From: Nocardioidaceae bacterium
GTDB taxonomy: Bacteria > Actinomycetota > Actinomycetes > Propionibacteriales > Nocardioidaceae
Length of the DNA stretch: 64,000 nt
Direction of reading: 5' to 3'
Assembly: GCA_050700835.1 (NCBI GenBank)
Contig: JBOHDX010000048.1
Coordinates: forward strand, 1,952-65,951
Below the pieces are notes generated by a model. It was not told the origin of the DNA and ran no database searches. It was given only the letters and a program-made list of their open reading frames with translations. A program made the translations under genes and the position numbers. Shown here one piece after another: positions 9,057 to 18,037 of the stretch (position 1 is its first letter; every line of letters starts with the position of its first letter).

Positions 9057-9635
9057 TCATCCGACGTTCACGCCATAGTCCTGCGCGATCCCGCGCAGAC
9101 CGGACGCGTAGCCCTGGCCGACCGCCCGGAACTTCCACTCGCCGCCGTTGCGATAGAGTTCGCCGAACACCATCGCGGTCTCGGTGGAGGCGTCCTCGGT
9201 GAGGTCGTAGCGGGCCAGCTCGCTGTTGTTGGCCTGGTCGACGATCCGGATGAACGCGTTGGTGACCTGGCCGAACGACTGGCCCCGCGACTCGGCATCG
9301 TAGATGGACACCGGGAAGACCACCTTGTCGACGGTGGCGGGAACAGACACGAGGTTGACCTTGATCACCTCGTCGTCACCCTCGCCCTCGCCGGTCAGGT
9401 TGTCTCCGGTGTGCTCCACGGAGCCGTCGGGTGAGCGCAGGTTGTTGAAGAACACGAAGTTCTGGTCGTCGATGACCTTGCCGCCTGCTCCGCACAACAT
9501 CGCACTGGCGTCCAGGTCGAAGTCGGCGCCGGTGGTGGTGCGGACGTCCCAGCCGAGACCGACCGACACGGCGGTCAAGCTGGGAGCGAGCTTGGACAGC
9601 GAGACGTTGCCGCCCTTGGACAGAGATACGGACAC
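9057..9635 (-). CDS. terD: TerD-family stress response protein
   Basis: 192-aa ORF: [15 protein letters not shown]..., 'DFDLDASAM', '[17 protein letters not shown]', '[19 protein letters not shown]'. GTG start with GGAGG 5 nt upstream. Confidence 0.95.
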   Translation of the reverse strand: MSVSLSKGGNVSLSKLAPSLTAVSVGLGWDVRTTTGADFDLDASAMLCGAGGKVIDDQNFVFFNNLRSPDGSVEHTGDNLTGEGEGDDEVIKVNLVSVPATVDKVVFPVSIYDAESRGQSFGQVTNAFIRIVDQANNSELARYDLTEDASTETAMVFGELYRNGGEWKFRAVGQGYASGLRGIAQDYGVNVG

Positions 9636-9711
9636 GATTACCTCCGGAGAATTGTTGGGTCAGACGGTGAGGCCGTAGGGCGAACGCGGACGTCCGTCTC
9701 CTTCTGTCGTC

Positions 9712-9747
9712 CTGTTGGTGCGCTGGCTGTTGGTGCGCTGGCTGTTG
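9712..9747. repeat. 15-bp tandem repeat x2.4 (ctgttggtgcgctgg)
   Basis: Read directly from the sequence. It lies in the intergenic region between terD and the antiporter gene. Confidence 0.85.
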
Positions 9748-9855
9748 CCACGTTGCGGCGATCCTATCCGGACGCCGGTGACGCAGGGCCTGCGCGCAAG
9801 CAGGGCGCCAGCGGCGCGGCCGGCCCACCTGGTGCCTGCCCGTCTGGAACGCTGT

Positions 9856-9881
9856 CCCCAATGGGTGGCCCCAATGGGTGG
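9856..9881. repeat. 13-bp tandem repeat x2 (ccccaatgggtgg)
   Basis: Read directly from the sequence. It lies 46 nt upstream of the antiporter GTG. Confidence 0.85.
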
Positions 9882-9926
9882 GCGCCGGGGCCGGCCGGTT
9901 GCGTGCAGGAGCGGAGGTGAACGTCG

Positions 9927-11387
9927 GTGAGCGACACCATCACGTTCGGCCTGCTGCTCACTCTGCTGGCCGGTGGCCTCCTGCTCGCGGTGGTGTCCAA
10001 CCTGCTCGGCGAGCGCGCGCGGATCCCGGCACCGGCACTGTTCCTCGTCGGCGCCGCGGTCCTGTCCGACCTGTTCCCGAGTCTGGCTCCGCACTCCATC
10101 GTGAGCGTGCAGCGCGTCGTGACGGTCGCCCTGGTCGTGATCTTGTTCGACGGCGGCATGCACATCGGCCGGGGACGGCTGCGTACCAACGCCGGCGCGA
10201 TCGTCTGGCTCGGGGTCGCGGGCACCGTGGTCACCGCAGGTGCGCTGACCGTGTTCTCCCACGTGGCGCTGGGCTTCGAGTGGCGGACGTCGCTGCTGCT
10301 GGCGACCGCGCTGGCTCCGACCGACCCCGCAGTGGTGTTCTCCGTCCTCGGCCGCCGCGAGGTGTCCGGTCGCGCCGGCGTCCTGCTCGAGGGCGAGTCT
10401 GGCGCCAACGACCCGGTCGGCATCGCGTTGATGGTGGTGCTGCTCGGCGCCGGATCCACCGCAGGTCTGGGCGATGTGGCCCAAGGGGTCGGTGAGTTTG
10501 CCCTGCAGATGGGCGTCGGCGGAGTCGTCGGTGTCGCGGGCGGACTGGCGATGACGTGGCTGATGCGCCGGACCCTGCCGGCCGAGGGGTTGTACCCGAT
10601 CCGGGTTCTCGCCGGCGCCGGGCTCGTCTTCGGCCTGGCCACGCTGGCGCACGGGTCTGGGTTCCTCGCGGTGTTCGTGGCCGGCATCGTGCTCGGCGAC
10701 GTCCGGGCGCCGTACAAGCGGGAGATCGAGCGGTTCCATTCCGCTCTCGCCAGTCTCGGTGAGATCGTCGCCTTCGCCGCGCTCGGCCTGACCGTGAAGG
10801 TGAGCGGCCTCGGACACGGGCACGCGTGGGAGATCGGTCTCCTGGTCGCGGTGGTGCTCGGCTTCGCGATCCGGCCGGTGCTGCTCGGCGCCTTGCTGGT
10901 CCCCTTGCGGCTCACTCGCGGCGAGCGCCTGTTCGTCGCGTTCTCCGGGCTCAAGGGCGCGGTGCCGGTACTCCTGGGAACGTACCTGCTCAGCGAGGGG
11001 GTCCCCGACGCGACGCGCTTGTACGACGTGGTGGTCGTCGTGGTCGCGTTCTCGGTCGTGGTGCAGGGCGGTCTGGTCCCGACCGTGGCGCGGCGTCTGG
11101 GTGTGCCTATGCGCGTCGTCGAACCCGAACCCTGGTCGCTCGGCCTCAGGTTCCGGGACGAACCGAGCGGCCAGCGCAGCTATCAGGTGGCGGCCGGTTC
11201 TGCCGCTGACGGGAGCCGGATCGAGGATCTGCCGTTCGGCGACGATGCCTGGATCAGCTTCGTGAGCCGCAACGGCGCGCTCGTGCAGGTGCGCGGCGAG
11301 ACGACTCTGCAGTCGGGCGATGTCGTGCTGGTCCTCGTGGACGTGGACGACGCGGCGGTGATCGACGAGGTCTTCGTGGCGCGTTGA
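9927..11387 (+). CDS. cation:proton antiporter (Na+/H+ exchanger family) with C-terminal TrkA-C-like domain
   Basis: 486-aa ORF with a GTG start and a multi-pass membrane N-terminal part ('LLATALAPTDPAVVFSVL', 'ESGANDPVGIAL'). The soluble tail 'GSRIEDLPFGDDAWISFVSRNGALVQVRGETTLQSGDVVLVLV' looks like a TrkA-C/RCK_C domain. Confidence 0.85.
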   Translation: MSDTITFGLLLTLLAGGLLLAVVSNLLGERARIPAPALFLVGAAVLSDLFPSLAPHSIVSVQRVVTVALVVILFDGGMHIGRGRLRTNAGAIVWLGVAGTVVTAGALTVFSHVALGFEWRTSLLLATALAPTDPAVVFSVLGRREVSGRAGVLLEGESGANDPVGIALMVVLLGAGSTAGLGDVAQGVGEFALQMGVGGVVGVAGGLAMTWLMRRTLPAEGLYPIRVLAGAGLVFGLATLAHGSGFLAVFVAGIVLGDVRAPYKREIERFHSALASLGEIVAFAALGLTVKVSGLGHGHAWEIGLLVAVVLGFAIRPVLLGALLVPLRLTRGERLFVAFSGLKGAVPVLLGTYLLSEGVPDATRLYDVVVVVVAFSVVVQGGLVPTVARRLGVPMRVVEPEPWSLGLRFRDEPSGQRSYQVAAGSAADGSRIEDLPFGDDAWISFVSRNGALVQVRGETTLQSGDVVLVLVDVDDAAVIDEVFVAR

Positions 11388-11406
11388 CCCGCCCGGCAGG
11401 AGCCGG

Positions 11407-12612
11407 TCAGACGACGGGTACGTCCTCGAAGATCGAAGCGGCATTCGAGGCGGCATTAGCGCGCGGGAGCGCGATGAGCGTGCCCAGCTCCTCTCCTCGG
11501 TCCGGCTCGGCGATGCTGGACAAGTAGACCAGCAAGGCGTCGATGCCGACGACGCCGACCGTCTCGCCCTGCTCGGTGATGCACACGACCGGCGCGTACC
11601 GCTGCTCCTGCGGCCTGGTCATGGCGCGGCGCGCCACCATGCGCGGCGACGCGGTGATCGTGGTCGTCATCACGGGCAGCGAGACGAGCTCGCCCCAGGG
11701 GTCGTGCACGACGAGCGCCATCGGCCGTCCGGTCGAGTCGCAGACCACACCTGGGCGGTCGAACTCTCCGAGCTTCAGCCGGTCGGCCGGGACCATCAGG
11801 CGCTCGATGGTGTCGGTGGCGCTGTGCTTGATCACCGACTTCACCGCGCGGCGGACGTCCTGGGAGGCGTCGGTCCACCCGGGAGCCGGGCGGCCGGCGT
11901 ACCAACCCTGCGCCAGGGGCACGCCCATGGCGGTCAGGGCGCGGAGCTCTCCCTCGGTCTCGACGCCTTCGGCGACGACCCACGCGTTCAACCGGTCCGA
12001 CAGCTCGCCGAGCATCTGCACCACGGCGTACTTCGCGGGGTCGGTGTGACAGCCGACGACGAGGTCACGGTCTATCTTGACCACGTCGGGACGCAGGGCG
12101 AGCAAGGCCCGCAGCCCGCTGTAGCCCGAGCCGGTGTCGTCGACCGCGAGAAGCGCACCGGCCGCCCGCAGCTTGCCGAAGATCTCGATCATCGCCGCGG
12201 TCTCGTCCAGCGGCACGTGCTCGGTCAGCTCGATCACCACCCGGTCGAGCGGTCCACGGCTCAAGAAGGCGTTGAGCACGACCGGCTCGATCAGGGCGTC
12301 GGGGTCAACGTTGACCGAGATGAAGGTGTTGGCCGGGAGCTCGTCGAGCATGTCCAGCGACAGCTCGATCGCCATCGCGTTGAGTGCCGCGCCGTAGCCG
12401 AGCTGCTGGGCCGCCGCAAACCACTGATCCGGCGGCGCATCCGGCTCACCGTCGAAGCGGCTGAGCATCTCGTAGCCGGCCACAGATCCGTCGTGCAGCG
12501 AAACGATCGGCTGCGCGAGGACCGTCATCGCGACCTCGTCGTCGAGGACCTCGCGGATTGCGCGCGCCCACGCCGCCAGGCTGATCCCGGCATCGGGTGA
12601 CCCGCTGGTCAT
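11407..12612 (-). CDS. EAL-domain protein (putative c-di-GMP phosphodiesterase) with C-terminal CBS-like region
   Basis: The track ORF is 11407..12654; the likely start is MTSGSP (12612). EAL-domain motifs present are 'GYEMLSRF', 'VIELTEH', 'DDTGSGYSGL', 'KIDRDLV' and 'AEGVETEGE'. Confidence 0.8.
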   Translation of the reverse strand: MTSGSPDAGISLAAWARAIREVLDDEVAMTVLAQPIVSLHDGSVAGYEMLSRFDGEPDAPPDQWFAAAQQLGYGAALNAMAIELSLDMLDELPANTFISVNVDPDALIEPVVLNAFLSRGPLDRVVIELTEHVPLDETAAMIEIFGKLRAAGALLAVDDTGSGYSGLRALLALRPDVVKIDRDLVVGCHTDPAKYAVVQMLGELSDRLNAWVVAEGVETEGELRALTAMGVPLAQGWYAGRPAPGWTDASQDVRRAVKSVIKHSATDTIERLMVPADRLKLGEFDRPGVVCDSTGRPMALVVHDPWGELVSLPVMTTTITASPRMVARRAMTRPQEQRYAPVVCITEQGETVGVVGIDALLVYLSSIAEPDRGEELGTLIALPRANAASNAASIFEDVPVV

Positions 12613-12829
12613 GGGGAATCTGCTCCTCGGTGGTCTGAGCCAGGTTTCGTGCACGCCGCTGGTGCGGTGCCGGGCCTAGGCTTGCGGACTACCGCGCAGG
12701 ACGGAATACAGATGTGGCGCACTCATCCGTTCAGCGCAGACATTCGCCCGAACGTCCTCCGCCGTGGCCGGGACTCGTCACGGGGGGCGCTTCTGTGGCG
12801 ACTGCGGGTGACCGGACCGGGAGGACTCG

Positions 12830-13435
12830 ATGAAGGCAGCGGAGTGGGACACGCGGTACGCCGAACAACCGGGCATGTGGGGCGAAGAGCCCAATGCGAC
12901 CGTCGCTTCGCTGCTCGCCGGCAGTGCCCCGGGGACCGCAGTCGACCTGGCCTGCGGCGACGGACGCAACGCCGCGTGGCTCGCGCGTAACCGATGGACC
13001 GTAACCGGAGTCGACTTCTCGGGTGTGGCCATCCACGCAGCTCACGCCCGGCCGAGCGCGCCAGGCACGGTCGACTGGGTGGTCGCTGACGTGGCGGCGT
13101 GGTCACCGTCCGCCGCGGTCGATCTGGTTCTCGTCGCGTACCTCCACCTGCCTCCACCGAGCCTGGGCGACCTGCTCGCCCGCGCTGCCGGGTGGCTGCG
13201 ACCCGGTGGCCGGTTGGTCTATCTCGGCCATGCCCGAGAGAACCTCACCCATGGGGTCGGCGGCCCTCCGGACCCGGCCGTGCTGCCGACCGTGGGTCTG
13301 CTCGCCGAGGCGCTCGACGGGTCGTGCGTGTCCCGGCTCGAGCACGTGGACCGGCCGACCGACGCGGGACACGCGATCGACGTGCTGGCCGTGGTCACGC
13401 CCTGGGGCGCCGAGACGCGCCCACGTCCGTCCTGA
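12830..13435 (+). CDS. class I SAM-dependent methyltransferase
   Basis: 201-aa ORF with GGGAGG 5 nt upstream of the ATG. SAM motif I 'AVDLACGDGRNAAWLA' and post-I 'VTGVDFS' are present. Confidence 0.8.
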   Translation: MKAAEWDTRYAEQPGMWGEEPNATVASLLAGSAPGTAVDLACGDGRNAAWLARNRWTVTGVDFSGVAIHAAHARPSAPGTVDWVVADVAAWSPSAAVDLVLVAYLHLPPPSLGDLLARAAGWLRPGGRLVYLGHARENLTHGVGGPPDPAVLPTVGLLAEALDGSCVSRLEHVDRPTDAGHAIDVLAVVTPWGAETRPRPS

Positions 13436-13507
13436 GCGGTCGCCCGGTCCGCACTGAGCCCCGGTCTGAACGCTCGGTCCGAGCCCCCGGTCTGAGCGCC
13501 CGGTCAG
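13433..13507. repeat. imperfect 13-18-bp tandem repeats (tgagcgNccggtc-like) x5
   Basis: The convergent intergenic region reads tgagcggtcgcccggtc / cgcactgagccccggtc / tgaacgctcggtc / cgagcccccggtc / tgagcgcccggtc. Confidence 0.6.
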
Positions 13508-13809
13508 GGGGTCCGAGGCTCTCCCGGGTCACCGGTGTCGTCAGGCTCGCCCCCTCGGCGGGGCGGCGGAGCGCCTCTGTCAGCACGCCGGCCGTCGCCA
13601 TCCCGCGCCTCCCCGGGTCCCGGCGACGGCTCGTCGGGACTCTCGTCGAACTTCACCTTGCGAAGCTGTCTGCGGAAGCTGAGCATCAGCAGGACGGTGG
13701 CGACCGCAAGGCCCACGATCACGAGGGCGCCGACCAGTCCGGCGTTGACCTTCGAGCCCTGGACCGCGAGCAGCATCCGGTGGCCGGCTGCCGCAGATGT
13801 GCCGTTCAT
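13504..13809 (-). CDS. small membrane protein (hypothetical)
   Basis: This is the in-frame part of ORF 13504..14076, starting at MNGTSAAAG. There is one TM helix '[21 protein letters not shown]' followed by a charged tail. ATG 13809 overlaps the mca stop (13806-13808) as ATGA. Confidence 0.45.
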   Translation of the reverse strand: MNGTSAAAGHRMLLAVQGSKVNAGLVGALVIVGLAVATVLLMLSFRRQLRKVKFDESPDEPSPGPGEARDGDGRRADRGAPPPRRGGEPDDTGDPGEPRTP

Positions 13810-14720
13810 GCGGTGCTCCTCACCTGCGACGTCTCGCTGCGAAGCCCGGCGAACAGGTCGTCCTCGGGCAGGTTGACGTCGACCAGCGTCCTGGCCAGCT
13901 CGAAGTCCTCGGTCGGCCAGGCCGCCTGGTGCACGTCGAGCGGGACGGCGAACCACGATCCGCCCGGGTCGATCTGGGTGGCGTGGGCGAGCAGTGCTCG
14001 GTCCCGAACCGGGAAGTAGTCCGCGCACCAGACCCGGGTGGTGATCCGCGCCTCGTGCTCGGGGTCGGGCTTCCACTCGGCCAACCGCTCGGCGTATGGC
14101 GACTCCATGCCTCGCCTCTGCATCTCGTCGTGCAGCGCCTGGGTACGCGCGCGATGGAAGCCGTGGTGGTAGTAGAGCTTGGAAGGGCTCCAGGCCGCTC
14201 CGGCGTCGGGGAACCGGTCGGGGTCACCGGCGGACTCGAAGGCGGCCACGGACACCTCGTGGCAGCGCACGTGGTCGGGGTGGGGGTAGCCGCCGTTCTC
14301 GTCGTAGGTCGTCATGACCTGCGGGCGGACCTGGCGGACCACCCGCACGAGTCGTTCGGTGGCGACCTCCAACGGCTCCAGAGCGAAGCAGCCCTCCGGC
14401 AACGGCGGCCGCGGGTCGCCCTCGGGCCAGCCGGAGTCCACGAAGCCGAGCCACTCCTGGGTGACTCCCAGGATCGCCCGTGCCGCATCCATCTCCTGAC
14501 GCCGGATCGCACTGATATTGGCGAGCACGTCGGGGCGGTCCATGTTGGGGTTCAGGATCGACCCACGCTCGCCGCCGGTGCAGGTGACCACGTGGACGTC
14601 GACGCCCTCGGCGACGTACTTCGCCGTGCTGGCGGCACCCTTGCTCGACTCGTCGTCGGGGTGGGCGTGCACGTGCATCAGACGCAGCTGCTCGGTCACG
14701 ATCCTCCTGGGTGGCTCCAT
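13806..14720 (-). CDS. mca: mycothiol S-conjugate amidase (LmbE/MshB family)
   Basis: This is the C-terminal 304 aa of ORF 13806..15257. '[19 protein letters not shown]', '[13 protein letters not shown]' and '[10 protein letters not shown]' match my memory of Mca. The divergent DUF4307-greA neighbourhood matches the Rv1080c-Rv1082 arrangement. The start could be ATG 14720 or GTG 14699. Confidence 0.85.
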   Translation of the reverse strand: MEPPRRIVTEQLRLMHVHAHPDDESSKGAASTAKYVAEGVDVHVVTCTGGERGSILNPNMDRPDVLANISAIRRQEMDAARAILGVTQEWLGFVDSGWPEGDPRPPLPEGCFALEPLEVATERLVRVVRQVRPQVMTTYDENGGYPHPDHVRCHEVSVAAFESAGDPDRFPDAGAAWSPSKLYYHHGFHRARTQALHDEMQRRGMESPYAERLAEWKPDPEHEARITTRVWCADYFPVRDRALLAHATQIDPGGSWFAVPLDVHQAAWPTEDFELARTLVDVNLPEDDLFAGLRSETSQVRSTA

Positions 14721-14790
14721 GTCCGTCGCGATGTCCGTCGCGATGTCCGTCGCGATGTCCGTCGCGCTGTCCGCCGCGATGTCCGTCGGC
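14719..14790. repeat. 6 x 12-bp tandem repeat (atgtccgtcgcg) abutting the mca start
   Basis: Four perfect copies are followed by two variant copies. The first copy contains the reverse complement of the candidate mca ATG (14720). Confidence 0.9.
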
Positions 14791-14932
14791 TTCGGTTCGG
14801 GCGCCGGACCACCAGCCGAGCCCACCGGGGGCCAAGTCTGCCGCGCCGGACCGTCACAATGGTGACCGCGCCGGACCCCCACAATGGTGACCGAGTGCCG
14901 TTGCCGAGCCACCACCGCCCCCGGAGTCACCT

Positions 14933-15403
14933 TTGCCCGTCCCCCCGACCGACGCCGAACCCGCCGGTGACGCGTCGACGAGCCCGGGTGACCCGCCCGG
15001 ATTCGACCAGCGGGCCTACCTCGAGGAGCGGTACGGCCGCCCGGACCCGCGACGAAGAGCAGCGTGGGTCGTCGGTACCGCGATGATCGCGGTGGCCGGC
15101 ATCGGTTGGGTCGTGTGGGCGGCGCTCGGGCAGGCCACCGGGGTGTCGTCCCAGCTGGTCGGGTTCCGGATCCCCAGCGAGCACCGGACGGTGGTGACGA
15201 TCTCGGTGACCCGCGACACCGGCGACGGGGTGCACTGCGAGGTGTACGCCGAGGCATCAGACCACTCGGTGGTCGGCGAACGCAGCGTCGACCTTGCGCC
15301 GGGCCACCCTGGTACGCGTACCATCACTGCGGTCATCGCGACCGAGCGGCAGGCGGTTGCCGGGATCCTCCGCAGTTGTGTGGTGGCCCCGAATCACCAG
15401 TGA
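14933..15403 (+). CDS. DUF4307-like single-pass membrane protein
   Basis: 156-aa ORF (TTG start, uncertain) with the TM helix '[23 protein letters not shown]'. It occupies the position between mca and greA, as the Rv1081c-type gene does in mycobacteria. Confidence 0.6.
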   Translation: MPVPPTDAEPAGDASTSPGDPPGFDQRAYLEERYGRPDPRRRAAWVVGTAMIAVAGIGWVVWAALGQATGVSSQLVGFRIPSEHRTVVTISVTRDTGDGVHCEVYAEASDHSVVGERSVDLAPGHPGTRTITAVIATERQAVAGILRSCVVAPNHQ

Positions 15404-15509
15404 GGGCGGCGCTCTGCGGCCCCGGTTGGTAGGCTCGAATACTTCCCACGGCGCGGCCCGTCCGCGCGTGAGTCCCGTCACGGCACCGCCCGTCGTGTCA
15501 ACCGAGGCA

Positions 15510-15554
15510 GCACGGCGTAGAACAGCACCGCGTAGAACAGCACCGCGTAGAACA
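15510..15554. repeat. 3 x 15-bp tandem repeat (gcaccgcgtagaaca) upstream of greA
   Basis: Coordinates were verified by codon counting against ORF 15294..15584. The repeat ends 27 nt before the greA GTG. Confidence 0.9.
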
Positions 15555-15580
15555 ACGATGTCTCAGCCAAGGAGCACCAC

Positions 15581-16090
15581 GTGACCTCGCCCGTCGACGA
15601 CAAGACCATCTGGCTCACCCAGGAGGCGTACGACAACCTCCGGGAAGAGCTGGAGCACCTGCGGGGTCCGCAGCGCGCGGAGCTGTCCGCCCGGATCGGT
15701 GAGGCCCGCGACGAGGGGGATCTGCGCGAGAACGGCGGCTACCACGCCGCCAAGGAGGAGCAGGGCAAGGCCGAGGCCCGCATTCGCCAGCTCGAGGACA
15801 TGATGCGTCGTGCCCAGGTGGGCGAGCCCCGGCCCGACGACGGCGTCGTCGAACCCGGCATGATCGTCACGGTGAGGTTCAAGGGCGACTCCGACAAGGA
15901 GACCTTCCTGCTCGGCTCACGCGAGCTGCTCGCCCTCGACGACTCCGTCGACCTCGACGTGTTCTCTCCGCAGTCCCCGCTCGGCGCGGCCATCATCGGC
16001 AAGGCCAAGGGCGACGCGGCGAGCTACCGCGCGCCGAACGGCCGGACGGTGGACGTCGACATCGTGGACGCGAGGCCGTTCCAGAGCTGA
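15581..16090 (+). CDS. greA: transcription elongation factor GreA
   Basis: 169-aa ORF with a GTG start and AAGGAG 6 nt upstream. 'WLTQEAYDNLREELEHL', 'GDLRENGGYHAAKEEQ' and 'SPQSPLGAAIIGKAKGD' are present. Confidence 0.95.
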   Translation: MTSPVDDKTIWLTQEAYDNLREELEHLRGPQRAELSARIGEARDEGDLRENGGYHAAKEEQGKAEARIRQLEDMMRRAQVGEPRPDDGVVEPGMIVTVRFKGDSDKETFLLGSRELLALDDSVDLDVFSPQSPLGAAIIGKAKGDAASYRAPNGRTVDVDIVDARPFQS

Positions 16091-16110
16091 CCGCCCCGGA
16101 GGCGCGTCGG

Positions 16111-16944
16111 TCACCGGGCCGCGGCTCGTTGGTACTTCCGGATCGCCAGTGGCGCGAACACGGCGGTGATCGCGATCAGCCACAGGACCGCGAGCAGAAC
16201 CGGGTGCTGCGAGGTGAACCCCGACCCGACGAACGGGTTGGGGTTGCCGAACAGGTCGCGGCACGCCGCGGTGACCGAGCTGATCGGGTTCCACTGTGCG
16301 ATCGGCTGCATCCAGCCGGGCATGCGACTGGGGTCCACGAAGCAGTTGGACATGAACGTCAGTGGGAACAACCAGATCAGGCCGGCACTCGAGGCAACCT
16401 CCGGGCTGCGCACGGACAGGCCGATCAGCGCACCCACCCACAGCATCGCGAACGCGAAGCCCAGCAGGATCAGGAAGCCGCCGGCCGCGTGCAGAGCGTC
16501 GGTGTGGATGCGCCACCCGACGATCAGGCCACAGACGACCATGATCAGCATCACGAACGCGTTGAAGACCAGATCACCGATGACGCGTCCGGTGATCACT
16601 GCGGAGCGGGCGATCGGAAGCGAGCGGAACCTGTCGATCAGTCCCTTGCTCATGTCGTCGGCCAGGCCGACGGAGCTCGACGCGACCGCGAACGACATCG
16701 TCTGGGCGAAGATGCCGCCCATCAGGAACTCGCGGTACAGCGACGGGTCGGTTGATCCACCGACCGAGATCGAGCCGCCGAAGACGTAGGCGAACAACAG
16801 CACGAACATGACCGGCTGGATCGTGCCGTACAGCAACAGGTCGGGCACCCGGGGGATGCGTTTGAGGTTGCGCCAGCCGAGGATCAGGCCGTCGGCCACG
16901 GGGCGGGCACCGCGAATGGCCGGAGCGGCGGTGTCGATGCTCAT
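16111..16944 (-). CDS. ABC-2 type transporter permease
   Basis: This is the in-frame part of ORF 16111..17445, starting at MSIDTAAPAI. It is a six-TM ABC-2 permease-like sequence. ATG 16944 overlaps the ATPase stop as ATGA. Confidence 0.85.
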   Translation of the reverse strand: MSIDTAAPAIRGARPVADGLILGWRNLKRIPRVPDLLLYGTIQPVMFVLLFAYVFGGSISVGGSTDPSLYREFLMGGIFAQTMSFAVASSSVGLADDMSKGLIDRFRSLPIARSAVITGRVIGDLVFNAFVMLIMVVCGLIVGWRIHTDALHAAGGFLILLGFAFAMLWVGALIGLSVRSPEVASSAGLIWLFPLTFMSNCFVDPSRMPGWMQPIAQWNPISSVTAACRDLFGNPNPFVGSGFTSQHPVLLAVLWLIAITAVFAPLAIRKYQRAAAR

Positions 16945-17975
16945 GCCGGCCTCCCGGCCAGGTCGTCGGATCGTGGATCCGGTACGGCGCCACCGCCGGC
17001 CACCGGTGCCGTCGAGTCGTCGACCGCTTGGGCAGCGTGTCCTGTCAGGGTGAGGAACACGTCGTCGAGGGTGGGACGGCGGAGCCCGATGTCGTCGAAT
17101 GCGATGCCGGCGGCATCGAGGTCGCGGATCACCGCGACGAGGGCGGCAGAGCCGCCGCGCGACGGCAGCGTCAACCGGCGCGCGACCGGGTCGACCTCGG
17201 GCTCGCCGTCGCCGCTGCCTGCCAGCACGACCTTGGCCCGCTGGAGGACTGCCGGGTCGTGCACGACGACCTCGATCCGCTCCCCGCCGACGCTGGCCTT
17301 CAGCTCGTCGGCGGTGCCCTCGGCGATCACGTGCCCGTGGTCGATCACCGCGATCCGGTCCGCGAGCGCGTCGGCCTCCTCGAGGTACTGGGTGGTGAGC
17401 AGGCAGGTGACGCCGGAGCGGACCCGGTCGCGGATGACGTCCCACAGGTCGAGCCGGCTCTTGGGGTCGAGACCGGTCGTCGGCTCGTCGAGAAAGAGCA
17501 TGCGGGGCTGCGCGATCAGCGCGCCGGCCAGGTCGAGTCGCCGTTTCATGCCACCGGAATAGGTCTTGGTCACCCGGTCACGCGCCTCGGTCAGGTCGAA
17601 CATCTCCAGCAGCTCGTCGGCCCGGGACGTCGCCTGCCCTGACGGCAGCCCGTACAGGCGCGCGAACATCCAGAGGTTCTCCCGGCCGGTGAGGTTCTCG
17701 TCGACCGCGCTGTACTGGCCGGACAGCCCGATCGACCGACGGACCTTGTCCGCCTCCGCCACGACGTCGTGGCCCAGCACCCGGGCGGTGCCGCTGTCGG
17801 CCCGCAGCAAGGTGGTGAGGATCCTGACCGTGGTGGTCTTGCCCGCGCCATTGGGGCCGAGCATGCCCAGCACGGTGCCCTCGTCGACCTGAAGGTCAAG
17901 ACCGTCGAGCGCCTTGACCGTCTTCTTCCTCGAGCCGAACGTCTTGCTGACCCCGGCAACCTCGACTGCAGCCAC
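16941..17975 (-). CDS. ABC transporter ATP-binding protein (DrrA-like exporter ATPase)
   Basis: The track ORF is 16941..18008; the preferred start is GTG 17975, preceded by GGGAG. Walker A 'GPNGAGKTT', signature 'YSGGMKRR' and Walker B 'MLFLDEPTTGLD' are present. Confidence 0.9.
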   Translation of the reverse strand: MAAVEVAGVSKTFGSRKKTVKALDGLDLQVDEGTVLGMLGPNGAGKTTTVRILTTLLRADSGTARVLGHDVVAEADKVRRSIGLSGQYSAVDENLTGRENLWMFARLYGLPSGQATSRADELLEMFDLTEARDRVTKTYSGGMKRRLDLAGALIAQPRMLFLDEPTTGLDPKSRLDLWDVIRDRVRSGVTCLLTTQYLEEADALADRIAVIDHGHVIAEGTADELKASVGGERIEVVVHDPAVLQRAKVVLAGSGDGEPEVDPVARRLTLPSRGGSAALVAVIRDLDAAGIAFDDIGLRRPTLDDVFLTLTGHAAQAVDDSTAPVAGGGAVPDPRSDDLAGRPA

Positions 17976-18037
17976 TGGCTCTCCCTCGTCACGGACGTGC
18001 CTGGCCAAGCCTAGGTCCCGGCCCCGACACCGGTCTC

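Noticed and set aside
1068-9635. The Ter cluster considered as a previously undescribed system.
   Set aside because: The gene association (TerD/TerC with PRTase, HpcH-like lyase and HAD) has already been described by comparative genomics. Only the fusion state and the unknown product remain open, so it is reported at moderate interest.
9660-11456. 598-aa minus-strand ORF (and the nested ORF 9764..10954).
   Set aside because: It is antisense to the clearly recognisable cation/H+ antiporter gene. Its Arg/Pro/His/Asp-rich sequence has no motifs.
14721-15257. N-terminal extensions of track ORFs: mca up to 15257, permease up to 17445, PhoD-like up to 22010, folE up to 30113 and eno up to 37843.
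   Set aside because: The extensions are Arg/Pro-rich, overlap upstream genes, and are not needed for the conserved domains. Internal starts with an RBS or a 4-nt stop/start overlap fit better.
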